Counted from the first letter of the stretch, positions 51,288-62,018 are shown. The stretch: 64,000 nucleotides of DNA from Vicinamibacteria bacterium (GCA_963668695.2 CAXXLQ010000004.1:96001-160000); one strand, 5' to 3'. Numbers and translations are program-made. Notes: generated by a model from the sequence alone, not told the origin.

Positions 51288-52774
51288 CAGGAGTCGCGGT
51301 CCATGCGCACCGAGAGCGCGTTCGCGACGCGGTTGATCTCATCGATCACGTCGTCGAAGACGGGCATGTCCATGCCGTACTCGTCGACGGGACACCGCGA
51401 CAGACCGCCGTTCTCGGCCACGTACGCGCGGACGCTGTTCGGCGGGAGGAAGTCGTCCCGGCGGTACCCGTATTTGCGAACGACATCATCCCTGCCCGGC
51501 ATCTCATGCGACAGCATGATGAGGTTGTTCAGTTCCTTGAGCAGGTAGTCGCTGTGGGTGGCGAGAAGCACACGGGTTCCTCTTCGCACCAAGCGTGAAA
51601 GGAAACGCGCGAGTTCGATCTGGTTCCGGGTATCCAGCGCGGATTCCGGCTCGTCCACCAACACCAGATCCTCATGAAAGCCACCCTCTGTTTGGGCGTA
51701 GTTCAGGCCTGCAAGAGAACGCACGGATGCGGACGCCAAGTAGAGCGGAATCCGAAATGGATCCGGCGCACCCTTTGCAGACCGGAAAAAGATCGAATGC
51801 CCGTCCGTTTCATATCGGCCACCCATGATCTTGGCAATCCCCTTCTGCAGAGCGCGATTCCTATACGTATTCGTCGCTGGCATCTCTCTCGCGAAATCAA
51901 TGAAATCCCGAACCAGCAAGGAGTAACGGCTCGCCCGGCTTCTCAGGAACCCCTCAAGGGCTGGTTCTGGCTCCGCAACGGCAGGATTCTGTAGAGCCTC
52001 GACGATGCGGTCCTTGCTACTGTCAAGTTCACGCTGGAACAGGACCGCAGCCATCGCTTCGGCGGGACGCGGCGTTACCAAGAACTTGAGTTCGGGCAGC
52101 GCGAAGACGCCGTACAGCTGCACCAGATCGCGCAAAGTCCTCTCAGGGCTATCGCTCCCCGCGGCTGGCTCTTGCGGCTCAAGATCCGGAGCGCCCTCGT
52201 CGATCCGGATGTCTTCCACCCGCTCTACCGAAATCACATCGCCATTGAACCGGATTCCGAATCTGGAACCATCTCCCACAGCAAAACCTTGGGCAACGAA
52301 CCGGCCAACCTTCGGAGGCGGCAGTTCGACCCGGAGAGATGCGTCTGCGAAAGTTCCCAACGGAGCACCCAGGACGCGGTCAAGGTCACGCTTCGAGTAA
52401 GCCGCCGCCAACGCGTCAAGCAGGATCTGGCGTTCCGCGTGGAGGTCCTGGAGCGAGACCCTCCGGTTGGCAATTCCGCGCGTTGCGGCCGCGCGAAGGA
52501 AGCCCAGCGCGTCGGCAAGGGCCGGGTTGTCGGACAACTCCCGATGAACAACCTCCCAGTCGCGCCATCGCGTAAGGAAACCGTACAGCGCCGTCGCCAA
52601 CAGGGTCTTGCCGGTGTTGTTCCGGCCGACCAGGATCGTGAGCCCGCTGAGTTCGAGTTCGGCTTCCTTTATTGGCCCCAGGGCCCGGAAATGAAAGCGG
52701 ACCCCTCCGCGTTTCGCGTCCGGCGCAGACAACTGCTCCCAACGCGGCCTGCCGTCTCCGTTCTCAACTCCCAT
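51287..52774 (-). CDS. ABC-type / AAA_15-AAA_21-like ATPase
   Basis: LGPIKEA, GRNNTGKT Walker A, VDEPES Walker B and ATHSDY H-loop; start uncertain. Confidence 0.85.
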   Translation of the reverse strand: MGVENGDGRPRWEQLSAPDAKRGGVRFHFRALGPIKEAELELSGLTILVGRNNTGKTLLATALYGFLTRWRDWEVVHRELSDNPALADALGFLRAAATRGIANRRVSLQDLHAERQILLDALAAAYSKRDLDRVLGAPLGTFADASLRVELPPPKVGRFVAQGFAVGDGSRFGIRFNGDVISVERVEDIRIDEGAPDLEPQEPAAGSDSPERTLRDLVQLYGVFALPELKFLVTPRPAEAMAAVLFQRELDSSKDRIVEALQNPAVAEPEPALEGFLRSRASRYSLLVRDFIDFAREMPATNTYRNRALQKGIAKIMGGRYETDGHSIFFRSAKGAPDPFRIPLYLASASVRSLAGLNYAQTEGGFHEDLVLVDEPESALDTRNQIELARFLSRLVRRGTRVLLATHSDYLLKELNNLIMLSHEMPGRDDVVRKYGYRRDDFLPPNSVRAYVAENGGLSRCPVDEYGMDMPVFDDVIDEINRVANALSVRMDRDS

Positions 52775-52993
52775 ACCGTTCAACTCACAAGCGGCGGCGA
52801 TGGTAGCGCAGGGCACGGTCGCCACCCGGCCCCCTCGACCGGGGTTCTACCTGGTGCGATTGGCGGTCCCGGAAGGCGGAACCATCCGGGGAACAGCATC
52901 GCGCCGTTCGCCCGCCTCTCGGTGGGCAATGCCGCCCGGAGGCCGGCGTTCCGAGCCGTCCCCGCGCTCCTTCGTCGTTGGCGGTACGCGGCA

Positions 52994-53060
52994 TCGCGGC
53001 CCTGACGGGCCGCGGCGCCGGTCTGAACGCCCCCACCGGGAGAGCTGGCCGGCGTTCCCT
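52994..53060 (-). repeat. Right ~66-bp REP-like inverted repeat of the ATPase/nuclease cassette
   Basis: Reverse complement matches 50034-50099; abuts the tkt stop codon. Confidence 0.85.
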
Positions 53061-55097
53061 CTACCTTCCGACCACCGAACGGACCGCGTCGCAGACCGCC
53101 TCTTCCGTCAACCCGAGGCGGCGAGCCAACTCGGGCCCGGGAGCGGACGCGCCGAAGCGGTCCACGCCGACAACGGGTCCATCCCCCACGTAGCGCTCCC
53201 AGCCCAGCGTCGCACCGGCTTCCACCGCGACCCGCGGCACTCCGGCGGGCAGCACGCTGCCCCGATAGTCGGAGTCCTGGGCCCCGAAGAGTTCCCAGCA
53301 CGGGAGGGAGACAACCCGGACCCCAACGCCCTCGGAGTCGAGCTGCTCCGCGGCGGCCACCGCGAGACACACCTCGGAACCGGTGGCGATCACCACCGCC
53401 TGCCGGGCGGAATCCGGTTCCCGGAGCACGTAACCGCCGCGCCCGAGACCGGCGGCCCGTTCCGGGGTGGTCAGGACCGGCACCTTCTGCCGGGTGAGAA
53501 CCAGCGCCGTGGGGCCCTCGGTGCGGCGGAGCGCGTGCCGCCACGCCTCCACCGTTTCGTTGGCGTCGGCGGGGCGGACCACGTGGAGGTTCGGCATGAC
53601 GCGGAGCGACATGAGGTGCTCCACGGGCTGGTGGGTGGGGCCGTCTTCCCCGACCCCCACCGAGTCGTGGGTCCAGACGTAGACCACCGGCAACCCGGAA
53701 ATCGCCGCCAGCCGCACCGAGGGGCGCATGTAGTCGGCAAAACAGAAGAACGTGGAAGCGAAGGTGCGGAACCCGCCGTGGTAGGCGATTCCGTTCGCCG
53801 CGGCCCCCATCGCGTGCTCGCGGACTCCGTAGTGGAGGTTGCGGCCGCTCGCGTCGCCCCGGGACTGGGAACCGAAACCGACCAGCGCGGTCTTGGTCGA
53901 ACAGGACAGGTCGGCATCCCCGCCGAAGAACTCGGGGATGCGCGCCGCCAGCGCATTCATGGCCTTCCCGGAAGCGTCGCGGGTGGCCAGCCGATCCCCG
54001 GGACCGAAGACGGGAAGCCCCTCGTCCCAGCCTTCCGGCAAGCCGTTCCCGAGACGGCGTTCCAACTCGGCGGCCTGCGCCGGGGCTTCGGTCCGGGCCC
54101 GCTCGAGCAGGCCGTACCAGGCGCTGCGAGCCGCCTCCCCTTCCCCGGCCCGCTGCGCACAGCGCTCGCGAACTTCAGCCGGAACCGCGAAGACGGTCTC
54201 CGGATCGAGCCCGAGGGCCGCTTTGGCGGCGGCCGCCTCTTCGGCGCCCAGCGGAGCCCCGTGGGCGGCCGCTTTGCCGGCCTTCGTCGGCGCGCCGTAG
54301 CCGATCGTCGTGTTCACCACGATCAACGACGGCCGCTCCGTCTCCGCCACCGCACCGGCGATCGCCGCGTCGATTCCGTCGAGGTCGTGGTTGCCGTCGG
54401 CAACGGTCTGCACGTGCCAGCCGAGCGCCCGGTGGCGGGCGCCCACGTCCTCGACCGAGAAGGACAGCGAAGCCGGCCCGTCGAGGGTGACGTCGTTTTG
54501 GTCGTAGAGCCAGACAAGCCGCCCGAGTCCGAGTTGGCCGGCCAGGGAAGCCGCCTCACAGCACACGCCTTCCATGAGGTCGCCGTCGGACACCAGCGCG
54601 AAGACCCGGTGATCCACCAGCCCGGGGAACCGCGCCCGGAGCGCTCGCTCCGCGATCGCCATGCCCACCGAGTTCCCCGCGCCCTGCCCCAGCGGTCCGG
54701 TGGTGGCCTCGACCCCGGGAGTCGCGAAGGTTTCCGGATGTCCCGGGGTGCGGCTCTCCCACTGCCGGAAGCTCCGGATGTCGTCGAGGCTCACCGAATA
54801 GCCGGCAAGGTGCAGGAGTCCATACAGCAGCATCGAGCCGTGCCCCGCGGACAGCACGAAGCGGTCCCGATCCGGCCAGCCGGGATCGGTCGGGCACGTC
54901 TTCAGGTGCCGGCTCCAGAGCACCCAGGCCATCGGCGCCGCTCCCATGGGAAGCCCCGGATGGCCCGAATTCGCTTTCTCCACGGCGTCGATGGCGAGTC
55001 CGCGGAGTGCGGCGATCGCCTGGGAATCGACTTCGTCGAACGGGCGGTGGGAAGGGGCCAGCTTAGCCAAGAAGCGCGGGACGGTAGCATGTTCCAA
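53061..55097 (-). CDS. tkt: Transketolase
   Basis: [41 protein letters not shown] and GEDGPTHQP motifs. Confidence 0.95.
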   Translation of the reverse strand: MEHATVPRFLAKLAPSHRPFDEVDSQAIAALRGLAIDAVEKANSGHPGLPMGAAPMAWVLWSRHLKTCPTDPGWPDRDRFVLSAGHGSMLLYGLLHLAGYSVSLDDIRSFRQWESRTPGHPETFATPGVEATTGPLGQGAGNSVGMAIAERALRARFPGLVDHRVFALVSDGDLMEGVCCEAASLAGQLGLGRLVWLYDQNDVTLDGPASLSFSVEDVGARHRALGWHVQTVADGNHDLDGIDAAIAGAVAETERPSLIVVNTTIGYGAPTKAGKAAAHGAPLGAEEAAAAKAALGLDPETVFAVPAEVRERCAQRAGEGEAARSAWYGLLERARTEAPAQAAELERRLGNGLPEGWDEGLPVFGPGDRLATRDASGKAMNALAARIPEFFGGDADLSCSTKTALVGFGSQSRGDASGRNLHYGVREHAMGAAANGIAYHGGFRTFASTFFCFADYMRPSVRLAAISGLPVVYVWTHDSVGVGEDGPTHQPVEHLMSLRVMPNLHVVRPADANETVEAWRHALRRTEGPTALVLTRQKVPVLTTPERAAGLGRGGYVLREPDSARQAVVIATGSEVCLAVAAAEQLDSEGVGVRVVSLPCWELFGAQDSDYRGSVLPAGVPRVAVEAGATLGWERYVGDGPVVGVDRFGASAPGPELARRLGLTEEAVCDAVRSVVGR

Positions 55098-55198
55098 GCG
55101 GCATTTCGCCCCCTGAACGACACCCGGAGCCGAGGATCCAAGAACTGCCCGTGCTGCCCGCTCGTTCAGGAAGGCAGAACCGCCGGAGCCCGTCGCAC

Positions 55199-55933
55199 AT
55201 GCCGTTTCCCCTCCTTTCCGAACCGAAGCACCCTTTCGCTCCGGGACGCGGACTGATCCTCGCCGCCGCGCTCGCGCCCGCTCTCCTCGCGTGCACCGAG
55301 GGGGTCCAGCACACCCCGCTCGGGGCCGCGGCCGCAGCCGGAGAGCTCGAAGCGGTACAGGCGCTCCTGGAACACGGGGGCGCCGACCCCGACGCCATCG
55401 CCGAGGCCGGCTGGGCGCCCCTCCATCTCGCGTCGCGGCACGCCGATCTCGCCATCCTCCACGCGCTGGTGGCGGCGGGCGCCGACGTCGAGTTGCGCGA
55501 CCACCACAACGGCTGGACGCCGCTCCTCCACGCCATCCACGTGAGAAACGAACCGGCGGCAGCCGCTCTCCTCGAGGGCGGGGCGAACGTGAACCGGGCC
55601 GGCGAGAGCGGAATCACTCCGCTGATCATGGCTTCCGGCTACGGCATGACGGACACGGTGCGTCTGCTGCTCGACCGCGGGGCGGATCCGCGCGCCGAGA
55701 TGAGCGGGCTCAACGCTCTGTGGGCGGCGGCCGGTGGAGGAGCCATCAATGACTTCACCGACGGACCGCCGCTCGGGCAATGCTTCCCCGAGGTCATCGA
55801 GATTCTGCAGGCGCGCGCGCCGGATCTCCGGATGGGCAGCGGCATCCGGAGCCGGATCCTCGGGTGGCTGGCCGATGACGGGTGCGAGCCGCTGGTCGCG
55901 GCTCTCGTGGCCGAGAGCCGTACGTCCGACTGA
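55199..55933 (+). CDS. Ankyrin-repeat lipoprotein
   Basis: Lipobox LLAC; [22 protein letters not shown] and GITPLIMA ankyrin repeats. Confidence 0.88.
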   Translation: MPFPLLSEPKHPFAPGRGLILAAALAPALLACTEGVQHTPLGAAAAAGELEAVQALLEHGGADPDAIAEAGWAPLHLASRHADLAILHALVAAGADVELRDHHNGWTPLLHAIHVRNEPAAAALLEGGANVNRAGESGITPLIMASGYGMTDTVRLLLDRGADPRAEMSGLNALWAAAGGGAINDFTDGPPLGQCFPEVIEILQARAPDLRMGSGIRSRILGWLADDGCEPLVAALVAESRTSD

Positions 55934-55981
55934 GCGCCGGTCGGGCGAACGGACCCGGTGCTCTCGCTGGGGAGGCCCGAG

Positions 55982-56196
55982 CAGCCTGTGGACAAAGTCC
56001 CGCGGCCCAGTTCTCCCGGTGGGGGCTCGAGCGGCGATCCATCCCGGCTGAAACGCTCGGTTCCACCTCGCTCGTCGTTGCACTTAGGTCGAAATACACT
56101 CGGGCCAGTTCTCCCGGTGGGGGCTCCTCCCTCGTGCGCCTTGTCAGCCGGGCGCCTCGCCGCTCTCGGCGCTCACGCCACTTTATCCACAGGCTG
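55982..56196. mobile_element. MITE at the ltaE stop codon
   Basis: cgag|CAGCCTGTGGACAAAG...CTTTATCCACAGGCTG|CTAG. Confidence 0.88.
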
Positions 56197-57273
56197 CTAG
56201 GCCGGAACGGCGCTGAGGACCTCGGCGAACGCGCCGAGCGCTTCCTCGACGTCCTCGTCGGAAATCCCCAGGTGGGGGATGACGCGCATCGCGCCGGGCG
56301 ACGCCGGCAGCACCGCGACCCCGCGGTCCAAAAGCCCCTCGGCCAGCCGGAAGGCGTTCATGCCGGGAGTCCGGAAGCGGACGATGTTCGTCTCGACGCT
56401 CGCGGGATCGGCCGAGATCCCGGGGAGTTCAGCCAGTCCTTCGGCCAGCCGCCGGGCCCGGCGATGGTCCTCCGGGAGTCGCGCCCGGTGGTTCTCCAGC
56501 GCGTGGAGAGCCCCCGCCGCCATGATCCCCGCCTGCCGGAAACCGCCGCCGAAGAGATGGCGGAACCGCCGGGCTCGCTGGATCATGGAGGCGCCGCCCG
56601 CCAGGCAGGACCCCATCGGAGCACCGAGACCCTTCGAAAAACAGACGCTCACCGTGTCGAAGCCCTCGGTGTAGCGGCTCTCCGGGATCCCGGTGGCGGC
56701 GGTGGCGTGCCAGAGCCGCGCCCCGTCGAGATGGGTCGCCAGACCGAGTTCGCGCGCGGTGTCCGCGACCTCCCGCAGAACGTCCAGCGGCCAGACCGCG
56801 CCGCCGGCGCCGTTATGCGTGTTCTCGGCGGCAAGGAGCCGGGCAACCGGATAGCAGGCCTCCGGCACCATGGGGTGCGGGCTCCGGACCGCGTCTCGCA
56901 CCTGCTGCGCCGAAAACACTCCACGTTCCCCGTCGAGACCCACGACGGTCGCACCGGAGAGCGCGGCCGGGCCTCCGCCTTCCACGAGATAGGCGTGGGC
57001 GCGGCGCTCGGCCAGCATCAGATCGCCCGGCTCGGTCTGGCAGCGGATGGCGATCTGGTTGCTCATCGTGCCGGTCGGGGTGAACACCGCGGCGTCCTTG
57101 CCGAGGACCTCGGCGGCGCGCTCTTCGAGACGGCGGACCGACGGATCGTCGCCGTATACATCGTCGCCCACTTCGGCGGCGGCCATGACCGCCCGCATTT
57201 CCGGCGTGGGGAGCGAGACGGTGTCGCTTCGGAGATCGATCCGGACCGGTCGTCCGGCGGCGGTCTGGGGCAT
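56197..57273 (-). CDS. ltaE: Low-specificity L-threonine aldolase
   Basis: IDLRSDT, VGDDVYG, TGTMSNQ, ENTHN, HLDGAR and CFSKGLGAP motifs. Confidence 0.92.
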   Translation of the reverse strand: MPQTAAGRPVRIDLRSDTVSLPTPEMRAVMAAAEVGDDVYGDDPSVRRLEERAAEVLGKDAAVFTPTGTMSNQIAIRCQTEPGDLMLAERRAHAYLVEGGGPAALSGATVVGLDGERGVFSAQQVRDAVRSPHPMVPEACYPVARLLAAENTHNGAGGAVWPLDVLREVADTARELGLATHLDGARLWHATAATGIPESRYTEGFDTVSVCFSKGLGAPMGSCLAGGASMIQRARRFRHLFGGGFRQAGIMAAGALHALENHRARLPEDHRRARRLAEGLAELPGISADPASVETNIVRFRTPGMNAFRLAEGLLDRGVAVLPASPGAMRVIPHLGISDEDVEEALGAFAEVLSAVPA

Positions 57274-57305
57274 TCGAGTGTCCTCTCGGTTCCGCAGGCG
57301 CGGAT

Positions 57306-58382
57306 CTAGCGCGTGATGCGGCGGATAGGGGCGAGCCGGCGGCGAACGGCGTCTCCCCGACCGCCCGCTTCGACGAGTTCCCACAGCCGGTCCACGAACT
57401 CGCGGTCGGCGAGCCCGGGGGGAGAGCCGCCGCGTTCGGGCGTGGAGAGTCCCAATTCGGTGCGGCAGGCGTCCACCGCACCGGCCAGCCCCGCGTCGAA
57501 GACCCGGAGCGCTGAATCGTCAAGGTCATCGCCCTCGGCGGGAAGCGCGGCCTCCGAGCCGGACCCGGCGCAGCCGGCTTCCCCAATGAGAACGCGGAGC
57601 TGCACGACATCGCCCCCGGCGAACATGGTCAGGGTGCGGTAGCCCAGGGTCTGACTGACCGCATCGTGAATCCGCCGCAGTTCGGCCACCGGGGTTTCGT
57701 GTTCGCACACGTTGATGTGGGTCGAAATCCCATCGTCGCGGCGCGACCCGCCTTCCCGGGGGTCGGCGACCAGCACTCCCGCGGACTGCCGCCGGCCGCG
57801 CCGGGCGTCGCCACCCGCGGCCTGTCCGGCTTCCAGCGCGGAGATCAGGCGGTCCGCCAGCGAGAGGCCGCTGCCCCGCGTGCCTTCGAAGTCCTCGGCG
57901 ACGGCGTCCACCACCTGGGGACCCACGAGCAGATTGCCCTGCGCCGCGTAGTCCGGGCCCGCCCGGTGCCCGGCCCAATCGTTGGTCTCGGCGCCGGTGT
58001 GCTGGGCCACCCCGCCGGACAGCCCGACGACTCCGACCTGCCGGAATTCAGCGCTCTCGTCGTGAGCGAGTCGGTCGCGGAGCGCTTCTTCCGCGGACAT
58101 TCCGGACGCCAGGCGGCTGAGCAGCTCCTCGCCGTACTGGGTGCGAGTGCGGGCCTGGGTCGCGACCGCACCGACCCCGCCACGAACCCACGGCACTCCG
58201 TTGGCGACGCACGGGTTCCGGGTGGTGACCGCCACCCCCGATTCGCCGGTCTCGGGGTCCACGGCGGCGATGGAGAAGGTGTGGAAGTTGGTCTCTCCGG
58301 GAGGAAGCCCCTCCTGGGCAACACCGGGAAGAGCGGTCCCGCCCACGAGGAGCGGCAGTGTGATGAGCAGGATTCGGGGCAC
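57306..58382 (-). CDS. DUF1028 (Ntn-hydrolase-like) exported protein, second copy
   Basis: TFSIAAVD, ATQA, QGNLL and AGGDARRGRQSA motifs; GTG 58382 with TACGAT 6 nt upstream. Confidence 0.82.
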   Translation of the reverse strand: MPRILLITLPLLVGGTALPGVAQEGLPPGETNFHTFSIAAVDPETGESGVAVTTRNPCVANGVPWVRGGVGAVATQARTRTQYGEELLSRLASGMSAEEALRDRLAHDESAEFRQVGVVGLSGGVAQHTGAETNDWAGHRAGPDYAAQGNLLVGPQVVDAVAEDFEGTRGSGLSLADRLISALEAGQAAGGDARRGRRQSAGVLVADPREGGSRRDDGISTHINVCEHETPVAELRRIHDAVSQTLGYRTLTMFAGGDVVQLRVLIGEAGCAGSGSEAALPAEGDDLDDSALRVFDAGLAGAVDACRTELGLSTPERGGSPPGLADREFVDRLWELVEAGGRGDAVRRRLAPIRRITR

Positions 58383-58778
58383 GGAGCAATCGTACTCGCG
58401 GGGAGAGCAATACCCGGGCGAGTAGCGATATGGGCTTGCGGTGCAAGTGCAGTCTGGCCGGAATGCCGGTCGTCGAGATGGTGCCCCCGGTGGAGGCCGG
58501 CACCGCTGCGCGGAGCGCAGCGAAACCCGCATGATCGGGTCGGCCCGTTCACCCGCCCCCTTGAAAAAGGTGGTGCGGCACTCACGTTGGCAGAGCGCGA
58601 CGTCATCGACATTGGTTTCGCGCTCCCGCGCGATGCTGGCCAGTTCTCCCGGTGGGGGCCTGAAGACCGGCGCTCCTGTGCGCGCTCCATTTGCGCGGTT
58701 GGCGATGGGAGTTTCGCGGCCTGCGGCCGCGATGCCGGCCAGTTCTCCCGGGGGGGCCTGAAGACCGGCGTTCCGGGT

Positions 58779-60248
58779 CTACGCGAAAAAGCGGGATAGA
58801 CGGGCGGAATCCGGCGGCGGCGTGAGGCGGGAGACCACCACCAGGGCCAACGCCGACACGATCGTGATCGCGGCGGCCGGTTCCACGCCGCTACCCCCGA
58901 TCGTCCAACCAGGGGCGCCCCCGGAGGAAACGAAGAAGAAGGTCCAGAGCAGGAGTCCACTGAGAATCCCCGCGGCAGCGCCGGCCCCCGTGCTGCGCTT
59001 CCAGTAGAGGGCGCCGATCAGAACGGGGAAGAACGACGTGAAGCCCGAAAGGGCCCAGACGCCAAGGCTGAAGACCGTCTGGGTGGACACGAGACTCAGG
59101 ACGAACACCACGACCAGAAACCCGGCCACGAAGATGCGGCCGAGAAGGGCCTGACGGCTCTCGCTCCACTTCGCGAACCGGGGGACGCGAGCCGCGGCGT
59201 TCTTGGTGAGCATGGTTCCCACGGCGAGCGTCTGGGAATCCAGCGACGACATGATCGCGGCGAACACCCCGGCTGCGAGCAAGCCGGCCAGCAAGCTCCC
59301 GGAGTGCTCGCGGATCAGCAGGATGATGACCGGCCCCGTCGCGTCCAGGGGAACATCGAGCCGGCCCAGCGCCCCGAGCACCACCGAGGGGAACCACACC
59401 GCGGCGATGCAGACCGGGTAGGCGAGCACCGGCAGCCGGAATGCCTCCGCGCTCCGCGCCGACATCCAGTGGCTGAAGATGTGAGGAAAACACGAGGTGG
59501 ACAGCGGGACGAAGAGATAGGTCGCAATCTGGATCCAGTCGCGCGGAGACCGCGCCAGTTCCAGGAGTTCGGGGGACTGCTCGCCGAGCCGCGCCATCGC
59601 GGGAACGAAGCCACCCATTCCGGCGGTGATCACGAAGAAGGCGAGCCCGCTCACGGCGATGAAAACCAGCGTCTGGAAAGTGTTGACGAGCGCGGTGCTG
59701 CGCATCCCGCCCAGGACCACGTAGATCAGCACCACCAGGCACATCACCAGGCTGCCGGCCCACGCCGGAATGGCGACATCCGCATCCGCGATGGCGGCGA
59801 GCGCATCTCCTCCGCCCTTGACCCCGATGAGCACGTACGGGACAAGCCAGAGCAGGGAAGCCCCGAGCACCAGCAGGCCGAGCGCGGGGGATCCGTAGCG
59901 CTCCTCGAAGAACTCGGCCTGGGTGGCGAACCCGTGGCGTTTGCCGAGGCGCCAGAGGGGAACGCCGATGACGAGGAAGGTCATCGGGATGACGATCGCC
60001 GAGCTGGTCGCCATGAGGGCGAACACCCGGATGCCCTGCCGATAGGCCTCGCCGGAGCCGCCCAGGATGGTGAAGGCCGTCATGTTCGTTCCGAAGAGCG
60101 TCATCAACAAAACGAACGGCCCGATCGAACGGCCGGCGAGGAAAAACCCCTCCCCCCCACGGTCCGGGCCTCGCGCGCGTCCGAGCCGCGATCCGAGCCC
60201 GATCCCGATGACCGCGGCGAGATAGAGGGCGACGACCGCGAGCGTCAT
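58779..60248 (-). CDS. Sodium:solute symporter (SSS) family protein
   Basis: FFLAGRSIG, GGMRS and AAIMSSLDSQ motifs; about 13 TM segments. Confidence 0.9.
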   Translation of the reverse strand: MTLAVVALYLAAVIGIGLGSRLGRARGPDRGGEGFFLAGRSIGPFVLLMTLFGTNMTAFTILGGSGEAYRQGIRVFALMATSSAIVIPMTFLVIGVPLWRLGKRHGFATQAEFFEERYGSPALGLLVLGASLLWLVPYVLIGVKGGGDALAAIADADVAIPAWAGSLVMCLVVLIYVVLGGMRSTALVNTFQTLVFIAVSGLAFFVITAGMGGFVPAMARLGEQSPELLELARSPRDWIQIATYLFVPLSTSCFPHIFSHWMSARSAEAFRLPVLAYPVCIAAVWFPSVVLGALGRLDVPLDATGPVIILLIREHSGSLLAGLLAAGVFAAIMSSLDSQTLAVGTMLTKNAAARVPRFAKWSESRQALLGRIFVAGFLVVVFVLSLVSTQTVFSLGVWALSGFTSFFPVLIGALYWKRSTGAGAAAGILSGLLLWTFFFVSSGGAPGWTIGGSGVEPAAAITIVSALALVVVSRLTPPPDSARLSRFFA

Positions 60249-60259
60249 GAACCCTGGCT

Positions 60260-60499
60260 CTACTGACGTTCTTCGATGCTGGCGGAAATGGACCGGTCGG
60301 CGACGGCTACGGCGCCGGGCAACAGGATCCGAACGGCGAACCAGAGGTTGAGCGTCGAGATCCCGACGACCACGAGTTCCAGGGCGAGCCCGAACGGCGC
60401 TCCGAACAGCGTGGGCTCAGCCGGCGCCAGCGCCACCAGCAGGTGCAAGAGAACGAGCGCCGCCACCCCGGCGAACAGCCGGTTTCGGGCCCGGTTCAC
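60260..60499 (-). CDS. Small two-TM membrane protein accompanying the SSS transporter
   Basis: 79 aa, two hydrophobic helices, directly upstream of the SSS gene as is typical of DUF3311/DUF485-type partners. Confidence 0.65.
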   Translation of the reverse strand: MNRARNRLFAGVAALVLLHLLVALAPAEPTLFGAPFGLALELVVVGISTLNLWFAVRILLPGAVAVADRSISASIEERQ

Positions 60500-60506
60500 G
60501 GGCGTG

Positions 60507-61670
60507 TCAGCGAGCCCGGAGTTCGTGCGTCCGCTTGAAGTTGAACCTCAATCCGACGGTGCCGGTGAAGTTGTTCTGGGGCGCGCTGATGTGCCTGGCA
60601 AACAGCCGGACTTCGGCGAACGCCTGCATCCGGCCGGCGCCGGTGTAGTTGGGCAGGTTGAAACCGGCGGTGCCGAATACCCCGCCGTCCAGAATCTCGG
60701 AGTCGCCGATCCCCCAGGCGCCGGCTCCCAGTCCGAAGAACCCCCCGGGAGTCTGCCGGGTAAGGATCAGGTCCAGCGAGGATCCGATCCAGAAGTTGTG
60801 GGCAAAGCCGCCGCCAGCCCGGACCGTCACCGCGTTGGTCCGCTCTGCGAGAGCATCATGCGGGACGGTGACCCCCATCCCGGCGCCGCTGAGCCACGCT
60901 GCCTCGGGGCTGGGAAAAATGTCCGCTCTCTCGCTCTTGTAGGTTCCGGTCACGAAGTCGGCAATCGGCCAGAACCGCGGGTACAGGGCGTCCACACCCA
61001 GGTCCGCACTGCTACACGTCCCGGTGACGCCCCGGTCGTCCGCAATCGTCACGGTGGCCTCATAGGTGCCGCCCCCCAGGAGGATGAACCGGCGTTCGCA
61101 TTGGTCGCTGGCATCAAGGGTCGAGATCTGCACGCCGTCCTGCAGGACCGTGATGTATCGGGTCGCAATCTCGCCGGTCGCGGCGGTAGCGTCACAACTG
61201 TTCACCACAAAGTCGGCCGCGAGATAGTGGGTTGCCTGTTCGGGCGCGCTGATGCTCAGCGAACAGGTCGGCGTGCCCGCCTCCAGCGACACAGTGGCGC
61301 TCGCCGATTGCGGGGAGCCGGCCCCGCTTACCGTCGCTTCGGCCCGCCAGGTGCCGGCTTCCCTCAACTGACCGGTCCAGGAATAGCGCCTTCCGTCGCG
61401 GTCCATCGTGAGGTTCTCGCTCCCCCCCGAGGGAGAAGTCAGGGTCACGTTCAGCCGTGCTCCCTCCGCGAGGCGAACGTCGACCGTCACCCGCGCCGCG
61501 GAGAACGCGTACTCGCCGGACACCACGAAGTGGATCACCGGCGAATCCTGAGGCAGTTGCGCGGCAGCGGGCCCGGCGATCCCCGGCGAGACGGCAAGGA
61601 CCAGGAGGGCGAGAGCCCAGACCAGAGCCTTCCCCGGACGAAAAGCGCGACGGTGCGTCAGATGGGTCAT
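60507..61670 (-). CDS. Hypothetical exported protein (Ig-like N-region, possible C-terminal beta-barrel)
   Basis: Signal peptide, beta-rich Cys-containing middle, alternating aromatic/Gly C-terminal strands ending GLRFNF. Confidence 0.65.
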   Translation of the reverse strand: MTHLTHRRAFRPGKALVWALALLVLAVSPGIAGPAAAQLPQDSPVIHFVVSGEYAFSAARVTVDVRLAEGARLNVTLTSPSGGSENLTMDRDGRRYSWTGQLREAGTWRAEATVSGAGSPQSASATVSLEAGTPTCSLSISAPEQATHYLAADFVVNSCDATAATGEIATRYITVLQDGVQISTLDASDQCERRFILLGGGTYEATVTIADDRGVTGTCSSADLGVDALYPRFWPIADFVTGTYKSERADIFPSPEAAWLSGAGMGVTVPHDALAERTNAVTVRAGGGFAHNFWIGSSLDLILTRQTPGGFFGLGAGAWGIGDSEILDGGVFGTAGFNLPNYTGAGRMQAFAEVRLFARHISAPQNNFTGTVGLRFNFKRTHELRAR

Positions 61671-61733
61671 GATGTTCCCTTCCCCTACTCGGTCTGGACG
61701 GTTAGAGGGTGGCGACCTGGCGGCAAGTTATAC

Positions 61734-61761
61734 AAAAACGGCCGGTTACGGGAACCGGCCG
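61734..61761 (-). terminator. Rho-independent terminator-like hairpin
   Basis: Perfect 9-bp stem CGGCCGGTT/AACCGGCCG followed by T5 on the minus strand. Confidence 0.6.
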
Positions 61762-61943
61762 CCCTCGCCGAACAAGCCCGAAAAAGCTAAAGCAAAACTT
61801 GAACTTCATTATACGGGCGGCTTGACGACGGATGCGGAATAGCTCCGCACCGGCAAGAACATCCTGCCGAGCCGAACCGAGTACACCCGAACGCCGAACT
61901 CGGGCACAAGCTTACTTTCCTCCCGGTAAATCCTCCACCCTGG

Positions 61944-61986
61944 CAGCCGGTGGGCAAAGTGGCGTGAGCGCTTTGCCCACCGGCTG
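61944..61986. mobile_element. Minimal 43-bp MITE (two 16-bp TIRs plus 11 bp)
   Basis: CAGCCGGTGGGCAAAG-tggcgtgagcg-CTTTGCCCACCGGCTG. Confidence 0.7.
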
Positions 61987-62018
61987 CTGACAACGACCAA
62001 AACGGGGCGCGCTGATAC

